This document shows positions 35,836 through 49,600 of a DNA stretch of 64,000 bases, in pieces. The notes under the pieces are model-generated. The model was not told the DNA's origin. It saw only the letters and a list, made by a program, of their open reading frames with translations, and searched no databases. How positions within the stretch are numbered: the first letter of the stretch is position 1; each line of letters starts with the position of its first letter. The DNA comes from Azolla caroliniana. Lineage: Eukaryota > Plantae > Polypodiophyta. Location of the stretch: NCBI GenBank assembly GCA_043228905.1, contig JBHGNT010000003.1:13826001-13890000 (forward strand). Direction: 5' to 3'. Position numbers and translations under genes: made by a program.

Positions 35836-38800
35836 TTGGCCACAACCGAGCTTAGAATCATACATAGAAAACGGGAAATAAATGCACGACACAAAGAAGA
35901 GAAGAGTACACAGGATGTTTACGTGGAAAACCCAAACTAGGGAAAAAACCACGGCAGCCCACAGGCTGCAAACTATCACTATGCTAGAATGTACAACAGT
36001 GAGTTCACGGAGGCAACGACCTCGTGCTTACGATCTTCGCCACAGGCGGCGGTTACAATAGAGGCAGTGACCTCTTCGTCTCTCTCTTTCTCTCTGTACA
36101 CTGTTACGCGCTCTGTCTCTCCTTGCACCAACAAGAATGATAACCACTACTAAAAGTTTGCCCTAAGTCATATTTATACTAATATGACTTTTCAGCTATT
36201 TACAAATATAGCCACGATGGACTCTCAGAAACATATTTACGAATATGTCTCTTCATCCGGTGAGCACTCCTCACCGGGTCTGCACCATCCGGCTCTCCGT
36301 AGCCGGGTACTCCTCATCCGGTTCTCACTGGGTCTGCACCATCCGGCTCTTCGTAGCCGGGTACTCCTCGTCCGATCCTCACCGGGTCTGCACCATCCGG
36401 CTCTCCGTAGCCGGGTACTCGTCATACGGTTTCGGCACTGTTCTTCTCCCTTCCCATCCGGAGGGACCTGTCTCCCAACAAACTCCCCCTTCACTCCGGC
36501 ATGGGGTGTCTTACTAGTCCGATCCTCTTCCGGCATTCATCCAGCTTGTCGGGTATCAGCACTTTGGTCAGCATATCTGACCCGTTCTCGGCCGTGTGGA
36601 TCTTCGTCAGTGCGAACTCCTGGTCATCTACTCTTTCCCGGATCCAGTGATATCTTCGATGTATATGCTTCGTCCGGGAATGGTAGGCCGCATTCTTAGC
36701 AAGATGGATGGCACTTTGATTGTCGCAATAGAGTCGGTATTCATCTTGCCGGATACCGAGCTCTCCGATGAAGTCCTTCATCCATAATATTTCCTTGCCG
36801 GCTTCCACAACCGCCATGTACTCCACCTCCGTGGTTGACAATGCAACCGTCTTCTACAGCCTCGACTGCCACGAAACAGCTCCCCCTGCATATATCATTA
36901 CATACCCGGATGTAGACCGGCTGGTATCCACATCAGCCGACATGTCCGAATCGGTGAAACCGTCAAGTTGAGGTTTTCCGGAGCCGAATCGGAGACACAT
37001 ATTTGAAGTGCCCTTCAAATACCGAAGTATCCATTTGACCGCATTCCAATGCTCCTTGCCGGGATTGCTCATGAACCGGCTCACCACTCCAACTGTGTAT
37101 CCTATATCCGGTCAGGTACACACCATTGCGTACATTAAGCTCCCGACGGCAGAGGCATATGGAATCTTCATCATATCCGCCTTCTCTGCTTTCGTCTTCG
37201 GGCTTTGCTTACCGGATAACCTGCAGTTTGCCGGAAGTGTCGATCCGACCGGTTTCGCATCTGACATGTTGAACCGGTGAAGCACCTTTGTCACGTACTT
37301 CTTCTGTGACAGCCATAATTGCTTCACTCACCGGTTCCGGATAATATGCATCCCTAGCATCTGTCTTGCCGGACCCAAGTCTTTCATTGAGAAGGTCCGG
37401 TTGAAGGCCTTCTTCAACATCCGTATTTTGACTTGGTCCCGTCCAACGATCAACATGTCATCCACGTACAGAAGGAGTATCAAAAAGTCGCCTCCTTCAA
37501 ACTTCTTCACAAACACGCAGTGATCGGCCTACGTCTTGTGGTACCCTTGATCGGCCATGAAGGATTCCAACATCCGGTACCATTGTCGGGGAGCCTGCTT
37601 CAGTCCGTACAAGCTCTTCGTCAACCGGCGTACCATGTGCTCCTTCCCTTTCTCCACGAATCCTTCCGATTGTTGCATGTAGATCTCCTCTTCGAGGTCG
37701 CCGTGAAGGAATGTCGTCTTCACGTCCAGCTGCTCTACCTCGAGGATCATGCTTGCCGCTATACTCAGCACCGTCCGGATGGAGGTCATCTTTACTACCG
37801 GGGCAAATATCTCGTCGAAGTCCACGCCCTTCTTCTGTTGGAACCCCTTCACCACGATCCTGGCTTTGTATCTCGGGGGGTTGCCGGTGTCTCCCAGTTT
37901 CAACTTGTACAACCACTTGTTTCGGAGTGCCCGCTTTCCTTTCGGCAACTCCACCAATTCGTACGTATGGTTTTCATGCAGGGAATCCATCTCATCCTGC
38001 ATGGCACTTAACCATTTGCGGATGTGGGTGTGATCCTTCACTTCTTCGAAGCTTTCCGGCTCCCCCTCATCGGTCAGCAGCACATGCTCTGCATCCGGAA
38101 ATCTCTGGGGCGTCCTTCTCTCTCTGAGAGGATATCTCTGTCTTCGGGCTTCGGTAACTGGCTCCTCCATTTGCTCTTCATCCGAATCCGATTCGGGGTC
38201 TTGGCCGGTTCCGGTTTCAGCTTCCTCTACTTCTTCTTGAGCCTGTTCGGTATCCTCACCGTAACCGGCTTGTCCCTCGAGTGTTAACCGGTCTCTTGCC
38301 GGTTGGGTCTGCTCATCGTAGAGTCGATCCTTACCGGTCGACTCGGAGTTCATTATCTTCTTCTCCGACTCCCAATCGGCGAGCGTCTTGTCCTCTATGA
38401 AGATAATATCTCGACTCCGAAATACCTTCTTGTCGACCAGGTCCCACACTCGGTAGCCGAACTCATCGTCACCATAACCGAGGAATATGCATGGCCTGGT
38501 CTTTGGATCAAACTTTCCTCTCCGGTCCTTAGCTACATGCACATACGTGAGACACCCGAACACCTTCAGATGCCAGTAGGATACTTCCTTACCGGTCCAC
38601 ACTCTCTGTGGCGTGTCTCCATCCAAGGGTACTGAGGGTGATCTATTTATCACATATGTCGCCGTCAACAATGCCTCAGCCCAAAACTTCTTGGGTAGTT
38701 TTGCATGCGTTAGCATACTGCGGACCCTCTCCATTATGGTCTGGTTCATCCTCTCGGCCAGTGCGTTTAGTTCTGGCGTCTTCGGCATGGTAAATTCGAG

Positions 38801-41190
38801 GCGGATTCCCTTCGAGCGGCAGTGCTCCTCGAACTGCCCCTGGTATTCTCCTCCGTTATCTGCTCGAACCACCTTCAGCTTCCGGCCGGTTTCTCTTTCC
38901 ACTCTCACGTGGAGCTCTTTGAAGACGGATAGCACTTGATCCTTCTTCTTCAACGGTGTGGCCCATAGCTTCCGGCTGTGGTCATCTATGAACGTCACGA
39001 AGTACTGTGCTCCGGCATGTGACTTCGTGTCTACTTGACACACATCCATATGCACCAACTCCAGTGGTGCATTACGTCTCATCGGTGGCCTTGGTCGGAA
39101 GGAGGTCCGGTTTTGCTTACCGGCCAAACAATCAATGCATTTCTCCAAGTGCACGTTCTTCACTGGAATGAGGTTGTCGTCTGCAAGCCTCTTCATCCCC
39201 TTCTCGCTCATATGACACAGCCTCTTGTGCCACAGCTCACCGGCAGTGTCGGATGCCACGTTCACTTCTTCCGGACATAACCGGGCATTCATCAGGTACA
39301 ATGTGTTGACCTTCCGGGCCCGAGCCACAATCAGGCTCCCTTTGCTGAACTTCATAGCACCGTTCTGGATGCTACCCGTGTAGCCTTCATCATCTAGCCG
39401 ACCGGCAGATATCAGGTTCAGACGAACCTCCGGAACGTGTCGATCATGCTTCAGCAGCATCTTGCAACCGGTTGGTGTTGTCAACCACACGTCTCCTATG
39501 CCGACAATTCGGCATGTTCCTTCATTCCCCATCCGGACACAGCCGTGATCACCGGCTGAGTAGGATGAGAAGCATTTCCGGTCCGGGGTAAGGTGGAACG
39601 ACGCTCCGGAGTCTACCACCCAGGTCATCTCGTCGCCGGCAAGGTTTATCTCACTCTCCTCGGTGATGAGCATCAACTCTTCTTCACTTTCCGCGATTGC
39701 CGTTGTTCCCTTCCGGTCCGGCCCCCTCCGGTCTTTACCGTTCCGGTCCGGGGTCCGCTTCGAATCGGTACCATCGGTTTCCTTGTCTTTTTGGAAATGC
39801 CAACAGTTCTTTTGGAAGTGTCCCGGCTTGCCGCAATAGAAGCAAGTAGGCCTCCCCCTTGACTTTGACCGTGTCCCCGACTTCTCCCGGTTCTGGGGAC
39901 TACGGTTTCTATGTCTTCCGCGTTCTGATTCGGTAAGGAGCGCTTTGGAGTCGGAGCTCGTATCTTTATCTTTCCGACACGCCTCCTCATCTAGCAAGCT
40001 CGATTTTACTCTTGCTAGGGATAACTGTTTCCCTTCCGGCCCAGCGTTGCCCAAAGTGACAACCAACGTCTCCCAGCTATCCGGGAAGGAACCGAGCAGG
40101 AGTAGCGCTAGTACCTCGTCGACGAGAGGTACTTCCAATGATGTTGCCTGGTGTATCAGACCCTGGAAGGCATTCATGTGCTCCGCCATGCTGGAGCCAT
40201 CTTGGTACCGGACTCTTACTAGCTTCCAGAATACCGAAACCTGATTAACAACATCTTTGTTTTGAAACATTATGCCGATCTTCTCCCAGAGCTCATGAGC
40301 CTTGCTCTCTTCATTGAAGTTGTTGTACAGGCTCATGTCGATGAAGCACCGTATGTACGCCGTTGTCTTCATGTGCATCACCTCCCATATCACGGCATCG
40401 ATTTTGTCCGGTCTCTTGTCCCCGAACTGAACCGGCAGCCAGAGGTCTTTAACCACGAGCATATCCCTCATCGTCGACTTCCACACTGAATAGTTGGAGC
40501 CGGTGAGCTTGAACATGCCTCCCAACGAATCGTCTATTTTCTGTGTCATTTCGCTCTGATACCACTTGACGAGAACTGCACGCTCCGTATACGCAACGCT
40601 CGGCCACAACCGAGCTTAGAATCATACACAGAAAACGGGAAATAAATGCACGACACAAAGAAGAGAAGAGTACATAGGATGTTTACGTGGAAAACCCAAA
40701 CTAGGGAAAAAACCACGGCAGCCCACAAGCTGCAAACTATCACTATGCTAGAATGTACAATAGTGAGTTCACGGAGGCAACGACCTCGTGCTTACGATCT
40801 TCGCCACAGGCGGCGGTTACAACAGAGGCAACGACCTCTTCGTCTCTCTCTTTCTCTCTGTACACTGTTACACGCTCTCTCTCTCCTTGCACCAACAAGA
40901 ATGACAACCACTACTAAAAGTTTGCCCTAAGTCATATTTATACTAATATGACTTTTCGGCTATTTACAAATATAGCCACGATGGACTCTCAGAAACATAT
41001 TTACGAATATGTCTCTTCATCCGGTGAGCACTCCTCACCGGGTCTGCACCATCCGGCTCTTCGTAGCCGGGTACTCCTCATCCGGTTCTCACCGGGTCTG
41101 CACCATCCAGCTCTCCGTAGTCGGGTACTCGTCATACTGTTTTGGCATTGTTCTTCTCCCTTCCCATCCGGAGGGACCTGTCTCCCAACA
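35803..41190 (-). mobile_element. Two-LTR Ty1/copia element 4 (LTRs 40567-41190 and 35803-36480)
   Basis: PBS TGGTATCAGAGC, PPT GAAGGGGGAGTT, highly similar LTRs differing by one 54-bp unit; flanks GAGGG/GTGGC do not form a clean TSD. Confidence 0.96.
36491..40549 (-). pseudogene. Copia gag-pol polyprotein (open for about 1000 aa, then several in-frame stops in RT/RNase H)
   Basis: CFYCGKPGH zinc knuckle, WVVDSGASFH, ELWHKRLCH, FIDDHSR, LYVDDML, YCDNQSAIHLAKN; stops near 37529, 37328, 37112 and 36854. Confidence 0.93.
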
Positions 41191-43025
41191 GTGGCTACGA
41201 AAACTCCCAAGTCTGTTACAAAGGTGGTTTTCTCCTGGTCGTCTAGGTGCATACGTATTTGGTTGTACCCACTAAACCCATCCAGGAAACTATACATTTC
41301 GTCGCCCGCGACGATATCAAGTACGCTATGCTAAACGACAATGGAAAGATGCATGTGATCGCAACTGCATATAGTCGATGCAAACGTGGATTTTGCCATT
41401 TCTCTTCAGTACGACCACGATCAGGCTAAGCCATGTGGCTTGTTTTACCGATCGAATAAACTCGATTTTTAAAAGTTTATCGATCTCTTCCTTTACGCGT
41501 GCCCCATAATTCGAGTTCATGCGGTAGTGTCATTGCTGAACTGGTTTCACATCCGTTGCCAGATTGATCTGATGTTGGTAAAACTTTGGAGATAGTCCCT
41601 TTATGTTGTTGTGTGACCATGCGAACACGTTTTTATATTCTCACAATAGGTCAATCATTTCTACCTTTTCGTCAAGTGTCGGGTCCTTCGCTATGGATAG
41701 CGGTCGTGGTGCCTCGATCGTCCCTACATCGATTTCCTCCATGGTTGACGTTGTGACCCGTCGAGAGATCTCCATTTCTCAATCAAACGCATCACACACT
41801 CTACTTAGTTCCAACACTAATTCTAGATCCGGTTCGTATTCCTCCCCATTTGGTGTAGCCGACGCGACGTAACCGTTATCCGTCTCGAGGACGTCTATCT
41901 TGAACAACGGTACGATTTCGTGGATTCTCGTCTAGGTATGCCTCGAGTTTCGTTTCATCCAGCCCTTCCAGCATGTTGAACTCTTCCGCATATAGTGGCA
42001 TTATCGCTTTTACGGGTGATGCAGTCTCCTACATCGGCACCCAAACCTTGGTTTGGCCCCCTCGGAAGCTAATGCAATTGTACTGCCAGTTTTGCTTGAT
42101 ATTGGTTGAGCGTAACCATGGGTGTCCTAATACGATGGGGTACGTGCCTGGAGCGTCGAGAGCCAGAACCACGACTACAATTTCAAAGGCATGGTTGTCG
42201 ATCACGACCTTTAATTTCCGGACCAACCCTAAGCGTCTGACGGAATGAGTATCCGCCATATGGAGCTAGAATGGGCATGCTTCCCACTCCGTAATGCCGA
42301 GACGACTACACGTGGTCTTACTGATGACGTTCACCCCAGAACCTCCATCTATAATGCAACCAATGACTTCCTGTCCGTGTAGAACCACCTTGATGGCCGG
42401 ATTGTGGTGATCAACCACGGTCGGCCCTGTGGCAGACTCCGTAAAATTAGCCGAGATTTCTATGCTACCCATGCCCCACATTCGGGTTTCCACAACCTGC
42501 CTGCTCCTCTTGCGATCTCTGGTAATTCCTGTTATTACGGGGTTTCCGTCGATAATCGTGACAATTATCCTGACGATGCTCCTCCTCCAAGCTCTCGTCG
42601 TGGATTTGTTGATTTCGCGATTGGTGGTTTCCTCCATATGAGCGTGGCTCACCTTGGCCACCACGATTGTTGGTGGAACTCCGGTTAACATAGTGTCGTC
42701 CTCCCCGACGATTATATCGGTCATGTCTTGGGTACTCCTCTTCCTCCCGATCCTCTTCGTCCGAATATGGATCGTTGTGGCGGTGAGGACGGTTGGGACG
42801 GTCTGAACGATTACTTCGCTCCAAATTCCAGTAGCGCTCTTCTTGTCGACTCTGGTCGTGTTGTCGGTGAGGGCGTTGTGGATCGATACAGCGTACTGGT
42901 GCGACGGGGTGATTTAACATATTATACTCACATTGGTTCACCGTATGCGACCAGGAGTGGCAGATTGGGCAGTGGGCCCCCGGGGACTCCACTATATATA
43001 AGACAGTTGTATCATGTGCGTTCAT
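41191..43025 (-). mobile_element. Gypsy gag-knuckle, protease and RT N-terminal fragment
   Basis: CPICHSWSHTVNQC, IIDGGSGVNVIS, YSFLDGFSGYNQI. Confidence 0.88.
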
Positions 43026-43639
43026 GACATCATTTATAAACCCCTTATACGTATGGTTTTTACTATTTTAGTGACCCTTTCGTAGAAAAAAGATTAATAA
43101 AAATACCCCTTACTACCAATATATTTTTTGATAACCACCCATTTTAAATACCCTTACATGTAAAATATACATGCACACATAGTTTCCAATCCTAGAAGGG
43201 ATCAATGATTGCCTTTACAATTGATGACTCACAAAATTATGAATGAACATTAAACATCATACGCAATTCTTAGAAATGCTTCATCAAGTGCCACATAGAT
43301 TGAAAACACAATGTGTAAAGTACAAAGTAATGCACACACACATTAGGAAACATTACCAAAAAACACTAGAGGTATAACATATATAAGCCACATATAAGTT
43401 TTTTTTTTAGTTTATTGAGACATATGAAGAATATAGAGTGATAAAAACTATGTAATTTACAATAAAACAATCTTGAACTTGACATATATATCTCAAAGAG
43501 CAGACATGGAACAATCCAACATGCATATCAATAATGAAATTACTAACAAATTAACATTATGTTTGGTTTCATGGATAGACTCATATGAAGCCATATGAGG
43601 CATTAAAAAACGCTTCATTCTAATGCTTCATCCTCATCA

Positions 43640-44171
43640 TTATGCTACGGATGATTCTAACTCCACTCCTTCCCTTTCTTCCACCTTTTCCCACTTAGGC
43701 CGACTTAGGCGGACAACAACTCCGAATACAACCGGCTCTACCGGACAACAGGAAAGCAGAACCTAAGGAAACACATAGATAGGTTTACAGTATGTAGGAG
43801 TGGGAGAGATAGAGAGAGCAGAAGAGAAAAGTTCAATTCAAAATAATCAACACTTTGTACATACAATGTGCTCAGTGAGCACTTTTATACAAGCCCTGAC
43901 AGCGGGTTGACACACGTACAATCAATACTTTAATGCTCACATAAGAGCATCTAACACTAACTCCTAAAGATATTCCTATCTACTAAAATAGGAGCATAGG
44001 CCTCTAACAGTCTGCCGACTCCTCGTCGATCCGGCTCACCACAAATCTAGTTCACCGCCAATCCAACTCCCGATTTCTTCAACCGATCTGGGCCTAGTTG
44101 ATCGGTCTTCATCCGATCCGACTCTCGGCTTCTTCAGCCGATCCGGCCCATGTTGAGCTTGCTTCTCAACA
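43640..44171 (-). mobile_element. LTR related to the copia 2 LTR (left boundary approximate)
   Basis: Ends ...GTTGAGCTTGCTTCTCAACA; shares GCTCAGTGAGCACTTTTATACAAG with 20124-20558. Confidence 0.7.
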
Positions 44172-44993
44172 ATCCCACGATATTGTGGCCCCTTTGAAAT
44201 CCATAAGTGAGTTGGATCATCAGCTTATCACCTTGTATTTCCCCATAATGTTGGTATTCATCTTATTTTTCATGTCAGTTATCCGTAAGAGAAATCCTCC
44301 AATGTTACAAGATGCTTCAATGTGATGGTTTAATCACAAGAGCCTAAATATGGTGTTTTAGAACACATTCTTGATTCTTGAACTAAACTTTTACGTTCTA
44401 AAGAGATAAAGAATTCAAGATCAAATGCATGGATAAACATATCGATGATGCCACATGGGAACACGAGCATACTCTTAAGGCACAATTTCCTCACTTTATA
44501 TTGCAAGAGTGCAATCTTTTGAAGTATAGGAGTATGTTATGCACACATAACGTAGGTGAGGGTAGGTCACTAATATTTACACAAGTGAAGGGTATGTTCA
44601 CTAATGTTCGGAGGGGACTATGTAATGTGATTGGATAAAGTGAATGATAAGTGCATGCAATATCATGATCTTAATAATCAATGAATGGAGAGTCTTTTAG
44701 AAGGGCACATCCATTCAAGGGGCCTAGGAAGAGGTATAAATAGAAGGCCTATCTACCCCCATAAAACACATTACGACGGAAGGTTGTCATCTTAAAACAC
44801 CGGTGGTATGGATTAGGTTTTCTTCACTATAATGATCATGTTATCTCTTCCAAGGTATTAGTCATCCTAATATCTGTTGGTGGGGGGTTGGCTATGTCAT
44901 GATCATAGCTCGAGGGTGGTAGGGTGGAGCGGGTTCTTCTATCCAATATATTTACCTTTATTTTACTTTAGTTGGTCTATCGTTCTTAACACA
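44172..44993 (+). mobile_element. Second chromovirus 3' end (integrase tail, chromodomain, LTR 44535-44993)
   Basis: PRYCGPFEI, MDKHIDDATWEHEH; homologous to 22412-23230 in the opposite orientation. Confidence 0.88.
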
Positions 44994-44994
44994 T

Positions 44995-45135
44995 AGTTTT
45001 CATGCCGAGATCACGAAAAAGATGTACTAGAAAGAGATGTTGTATTGTCAATAGTGTGATTGATATGTATGTAAAATGTGGCTTGACCTATGTAGCATAT
45101 ATATTGCTCGATAAGCTTTAGTATCAAGATATATA
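44995..45135 (+). pseudogene. PLS-class PPR gene remnant
   Basis: Frameshifted FHAEITKK / LERDVV / NSVIDMYVKCGLTYVAYILLDKL*YQDI resembles PLS-PPR L and S motifs. Confidence 0.6.
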
Positions 45136-46175
45136 TTGCTTACCAAAACAATGTGAAAGCATTGCTTTTATATGTCATGTAAGTTCTCTTGTAGATTCAT
45201 GAGCAACAAAAAAAAACAAAGGTTGTGCAAAGAGTGATAAGCAATGTGGGTGGGTATCACACCCCTTGAATCACCATTAACTTATTTTGGGTATCACAAA
45301 TTAATCAATTTCCAATCCATCCAAATGACATGCTAGAAGGTTCCATCTTGTGAAGAGTTATATCATGTGTGAATTCATGATAAAACAAACAACTTAATGT
45401 TGAAACCGTAAAAATGAAAGTAGTTGAAGAAGAAGAAAACCTAGACAACCCCAAAATTGACCAAGAGATTTGAACTTTGCTCCTATTGAACCAAGGGAAT
45501 GGCTCTTAGAAACTTTTCGCCTTACATATGTAAAACTCGAAGATTTTGATGTCAGATATTTTTTTACACTTCGAATTTTTTTGAACTTTTTGATGTCAAG
45601 CTTTGAATCGGGCTCTTGAGCTGAGTCGGCCAGGCTCCTAATTTGAGTTAGGCTCCTACTCCGACTCGGTGAAGCTCCTCCTATCATCTGGAGTCGGTCA
45701 GGCTCTTGGTGACATAAGCTATAAGAGAATGGGGCTCTTGGTGATAGAGGCAATCAGAGTCACGCTTTTTGAGATAATGATATAATGATGCAAATCGTGA
45801 GCGCCCTCGGCTACGCACCTTGCACCGTGAGTGGCAACAATTCCCTCGCGAAGCCTCATAATGATTTGGTACAGATGTTAGACACAAGCGGGTTGATGGA
45901 TGGATGGGGATACATACATATATATATGTACATATCATCATCATCATCCAATGGATGGATGGATGGATGAAGATATGTGATGAGTGAAATGTTCAACAAG
46001 TGGGAGTGCGTTGTGAGTAGTTGTGTGTGTGGTTGTTGGGTGGTTGGTTGGTTGGTTGGTTATGGAGATCCTTCCTTTCCTTTCCTTTCATATGAAGATG
46101 AAGACTTGACTGACTTATTCTCAAATGTTATGAATGAATTATATATTACATACATATGTATATGTGGTGGTGCGG

Positions 46176-46265
46176 AGGAGGAGGAGGAGGAGGAGGAGGA
46201 GGTTTTAGTGTTCCAACTTCCAACCACCTGTGGTGGTCCTGGTCCTGGTCCTGGTCCTGGTCCTC
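46176..46265. repeat. (GAG)n and (GGTCCT)n microsatellites upstream of CLASP ATG
   Basis: Directly visible. Confidence 0.9.
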
Positions 46266-46310
46266 TTCCTCGTCAGGACTCTCGGTTCACGGATCCATCC
46301 TTTCCTTGTC

Positions 46311-46640
46311 ATGGACGAAGTCTTGGAATTGCTCCGGTCGAAGCCTACAAAACAAAGGATGGCTGGAGTGGAGCGACTGCAGGTCCTTCTGGGGGAGGAA
46401 GGGAGTCTTTCGGCTACTGAGGTAGCCAACATGGTGGATGCCTCTATCGTGCTCCTGAAAGATAACAACTTTAGGGTATGCCAAGGAACGCTTCAGGCAC
46501 TAGCCTCTGCCGTAGCTTCGTCAGGTGAGCATCTGAAGCTATACTTGAATGCACTGCTCGCCCCCATTGTCGAGCGCTTGGGTGATGGCAAACAGCCTGT
46601 GAGAGATGCAGCACGACGACTACTTCTTGCGCTCATGCAG
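46311..46640 (+). CDS. CLASP: CLASP exon 1
   Basis: ATG to CAG|GTATTA. Confidence 0.93.
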
Positions 46641-49600
46641 GTATTACCTTGCCTACCATCTCTTTGATGCATCCATGCATCTAGAATTTATCTCGTAAAA
46701 AAAAACTTTAACCATTAGATGGATCGTGTCGAAACCAATCCTACCAAGCAGGTGCAATGATGCAATACTTGAAGTATATGTGGGTGTTAATGGGGTTGCT
46801 GAAAACAGGACTAGAGGAGAGCATTGCATATGATCACTCTGGTTTCAAGAAAGGATACCCTAATGTATGAACATGTGAAGGAATCAATGAAATGAATGTA
46901 TGAAATGGGAAAGGACATCTATGAATAACCAAGTTCTATGGTTTATGCCCGTTTTGATTTGTGATGGTTTGCAATGTTGGTTCAAGCCATGAGTAGAGGG
47001 CAAACGCCCTAGAGGCGATTAATTGAAAGGGATGTACGTGAACTGCTACCTACCTCTGTCTCATCAAATCGGTAGGAGATGGCAGTGCAAATGCTGCTGC
47101 ACACTTTATTATGAGATTTGAGAACATGTCCACTCCGTGTTTAGTTTACTTAAGGATTTGACCAAATATTTTGGGGCGTTCTTACCGGACATTCACAAAT
47201 TTTGAGCATCTCTCCAGAGGAGTAGATGGCCAGCAGGGTCTGCGCAAGGAAAAAGTCAGACTTCTTCAGAATTTAGAAGGCATACTGAGAGGCCCTAGAG
47301 CAAGCCCAACTAGTACCCCATAGAGAGATATTGCTTAGTTCCTTGATCACTATTGGGCTCCTGCATCTCAACATGGATTATAACAAGGGAAACTGATGCT
47401 TTGTTCCTTATCATATTGGCAATATTCAAGACTAAAGTTCTGTCCAAATCTCTCCAGTCTTGTAAATTATGAAGTGTTGCCAAGTTTCTAACCCTTAGAT
47501 ATGATTTCATGTGACAATTGTATCAAACCACCACAATTTTGTTTCTGGTTCTTGGAACTATATATGTGCATATTGGTACCAAGTGCCAAATACCCAGCAA
47601 TCAAGTAGCTAGAAATATAATTTCAGATTTGAGCATTTCGAAAATATAAGCGAATGTTTATAAAAGATCCTATACTAAGAATGACACAACAATAGAATTA
47701 GAGAGCGAGAGCATTCCTACTTTTCTGATATCTGAAACATAGGACATTTTTTTATAAAATCTCATGTAATATAATATTTTAAGTGCTATGAATGCATCCT
47801 TCTCTTACCATTTTCTGGATTCTCTCATAAGTAAACCTTGGTGACTTTTAGGTTGTTCTTGCATGTGCTCATCTGGTCATCAGGGTTATGGCATAAGTGA
47901 TCTGGTGAGCCAATATCTGAGATACTCCTTGGACATCAGCAAATGTCAAATAGTCACATGGCATGGCTATTTTTCATCCATTTCTGAGCTTTGCATTATT
48001 GCTCTCATCCTATTACTTTTGGTCAGCCTATCTAATTCCCTTGCTTTTGAGCTCCCTCAGATCATAAGAAGGAATACCATTTTGATTCTGCTTCCGTCTG
48101 CAAAATACATCCTATGTGATGTGAGCTTAACATGCCCATGAAAGTGAATCATCAAAAGGAACATGGTAGGTATCTAATTTCACTTATTTCCCCTTTGTAG
48201 ACATTCTGTTCTCAATGCTACTTATATAAGGATAGGTTTTCATTATCTCTCTAGTGTTCAAGCTATGTTGTAAATGAGTAATCATGGTCTAGTCTGTCTA
48301 AGAAGCAACATGGATATGCTCTGACAATGCATAATTGTTGAGATATGTTCATGTGTTGAGAGTGAAGGTCTGGTCCAATTTCTCTAGATTTCTCATCTCT
48401 GTTGATCACAATTTAGAATCTATCCACAAATGGCCTCATGATGCACAAGTACTTTGCTCTCCACTACCCAAGATGGATAGTCGTAAGGAAGGTGTTTTGA
48501 GTCCCTGATTCACTGATAAATTTTTCTGCATACTTTTTCATTGATGTAGGGCTCATATTTGGAATGCCCTGCATCTTGGACTAACTATGCTCTGTTCATT
48601 GCATTGTGTCTTTTGAATCTCTAATATCAAACTGAAAGTAAAAGGGCTTGCCTCTTTACCCAGATTTCATCGCCTACTATTATTGTAGAGAAAGCTGGAA
48701 GCCATGCATGGGCACACAAAAATTGGAGGGTAAAAGAAGAATTTGCACGCACTGTGGCATCTGCCATCAATCTTTTCGCAGTGACAGAGCTTCCATTTCA
48801 GCGCTCACTGCTGGCATCGGTGAACTATAGTTTTGGATTCTAAGAATTCATAGCTTACGTATTATTTGTTCAAAAAAATCATATGCGGCATTGTTCTTAC
48901 AGGTATTGCGTCTTTTAGAAGATCCAAATAGCAATGCTAGGGATGCAGCTATGGTCTGTTTAGAGGTAGAAATTTAATATAAAATTTCTGATCATGCATA
49001 CAATGATCGTTGCAAGATCTCACATTTAAGCTTCATATTACTTGTGTAAGAGGAGTCTATCACAGATTCGTAATTTTCTATCAATGCTTTTGTAACAGAT
49101 ATGGATGTTTGTCGTGTAAAGTTTATGATCTTGCAGTCTATGGCTGCGAGTTTAAATTTTGGAATGCCAATATATAGTTTCTGATAACTTTGTTTTATGT
49201 TTGTTTAGAATATATTTTACCCTTATGATGAGCTTGATTGAATATCCCAAAGGTGACTAGTAGCATATAGGCTTGCAACATATTTTTTCTTGGATTTTCT
49301 TGTTTTGTATGGCATCTATTCAAAGTTGTCAACATGAAATTTTAATCAAAAACAAAACTTTTGGTGTTTCTATAAATACTACATGTTTAGATTTCATGGG
49401 GCTAAAGAAATTTGTGATTGTTCTATGTGAAAGATTACGTGCAGAAGCGTTATGTGTGAACACAGCCGGCTTGGCCGGATAATAGAAAACAGATAGTTAG
49501 GTAAACACAGAGTAGGAGATAGAAAGATAGATTATATTATTGTCTTCGGAGGTCAAATATGACCTATAAGACCAAAAATATTACATTTCACGTGATACGT

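Noticed and set aside
37433-40489. Plus-strand ORFs overlapping copia pol
   Set aside because: Antisense shadows of a GC-rich coding strand with no recognisable domains.
40550-40609. Start of the 1026-aa ORF at 40609
   Set aside because: Begins inside the LTR at a non-ATG codon; gag ATG is at 40549 after the PBS. Likewise 28209 versus 28059.
43026-43640. Possible DNA transposon end in an AT-rich stretch
   Set aside because: No partner TIR, TSD or coding signal found.
45977-46310. N-terminal extension or overlapping ORFs at the CLASP start
   Set aside because: Microsatellite-derived; homology to CLASP begins at ATG 46311.
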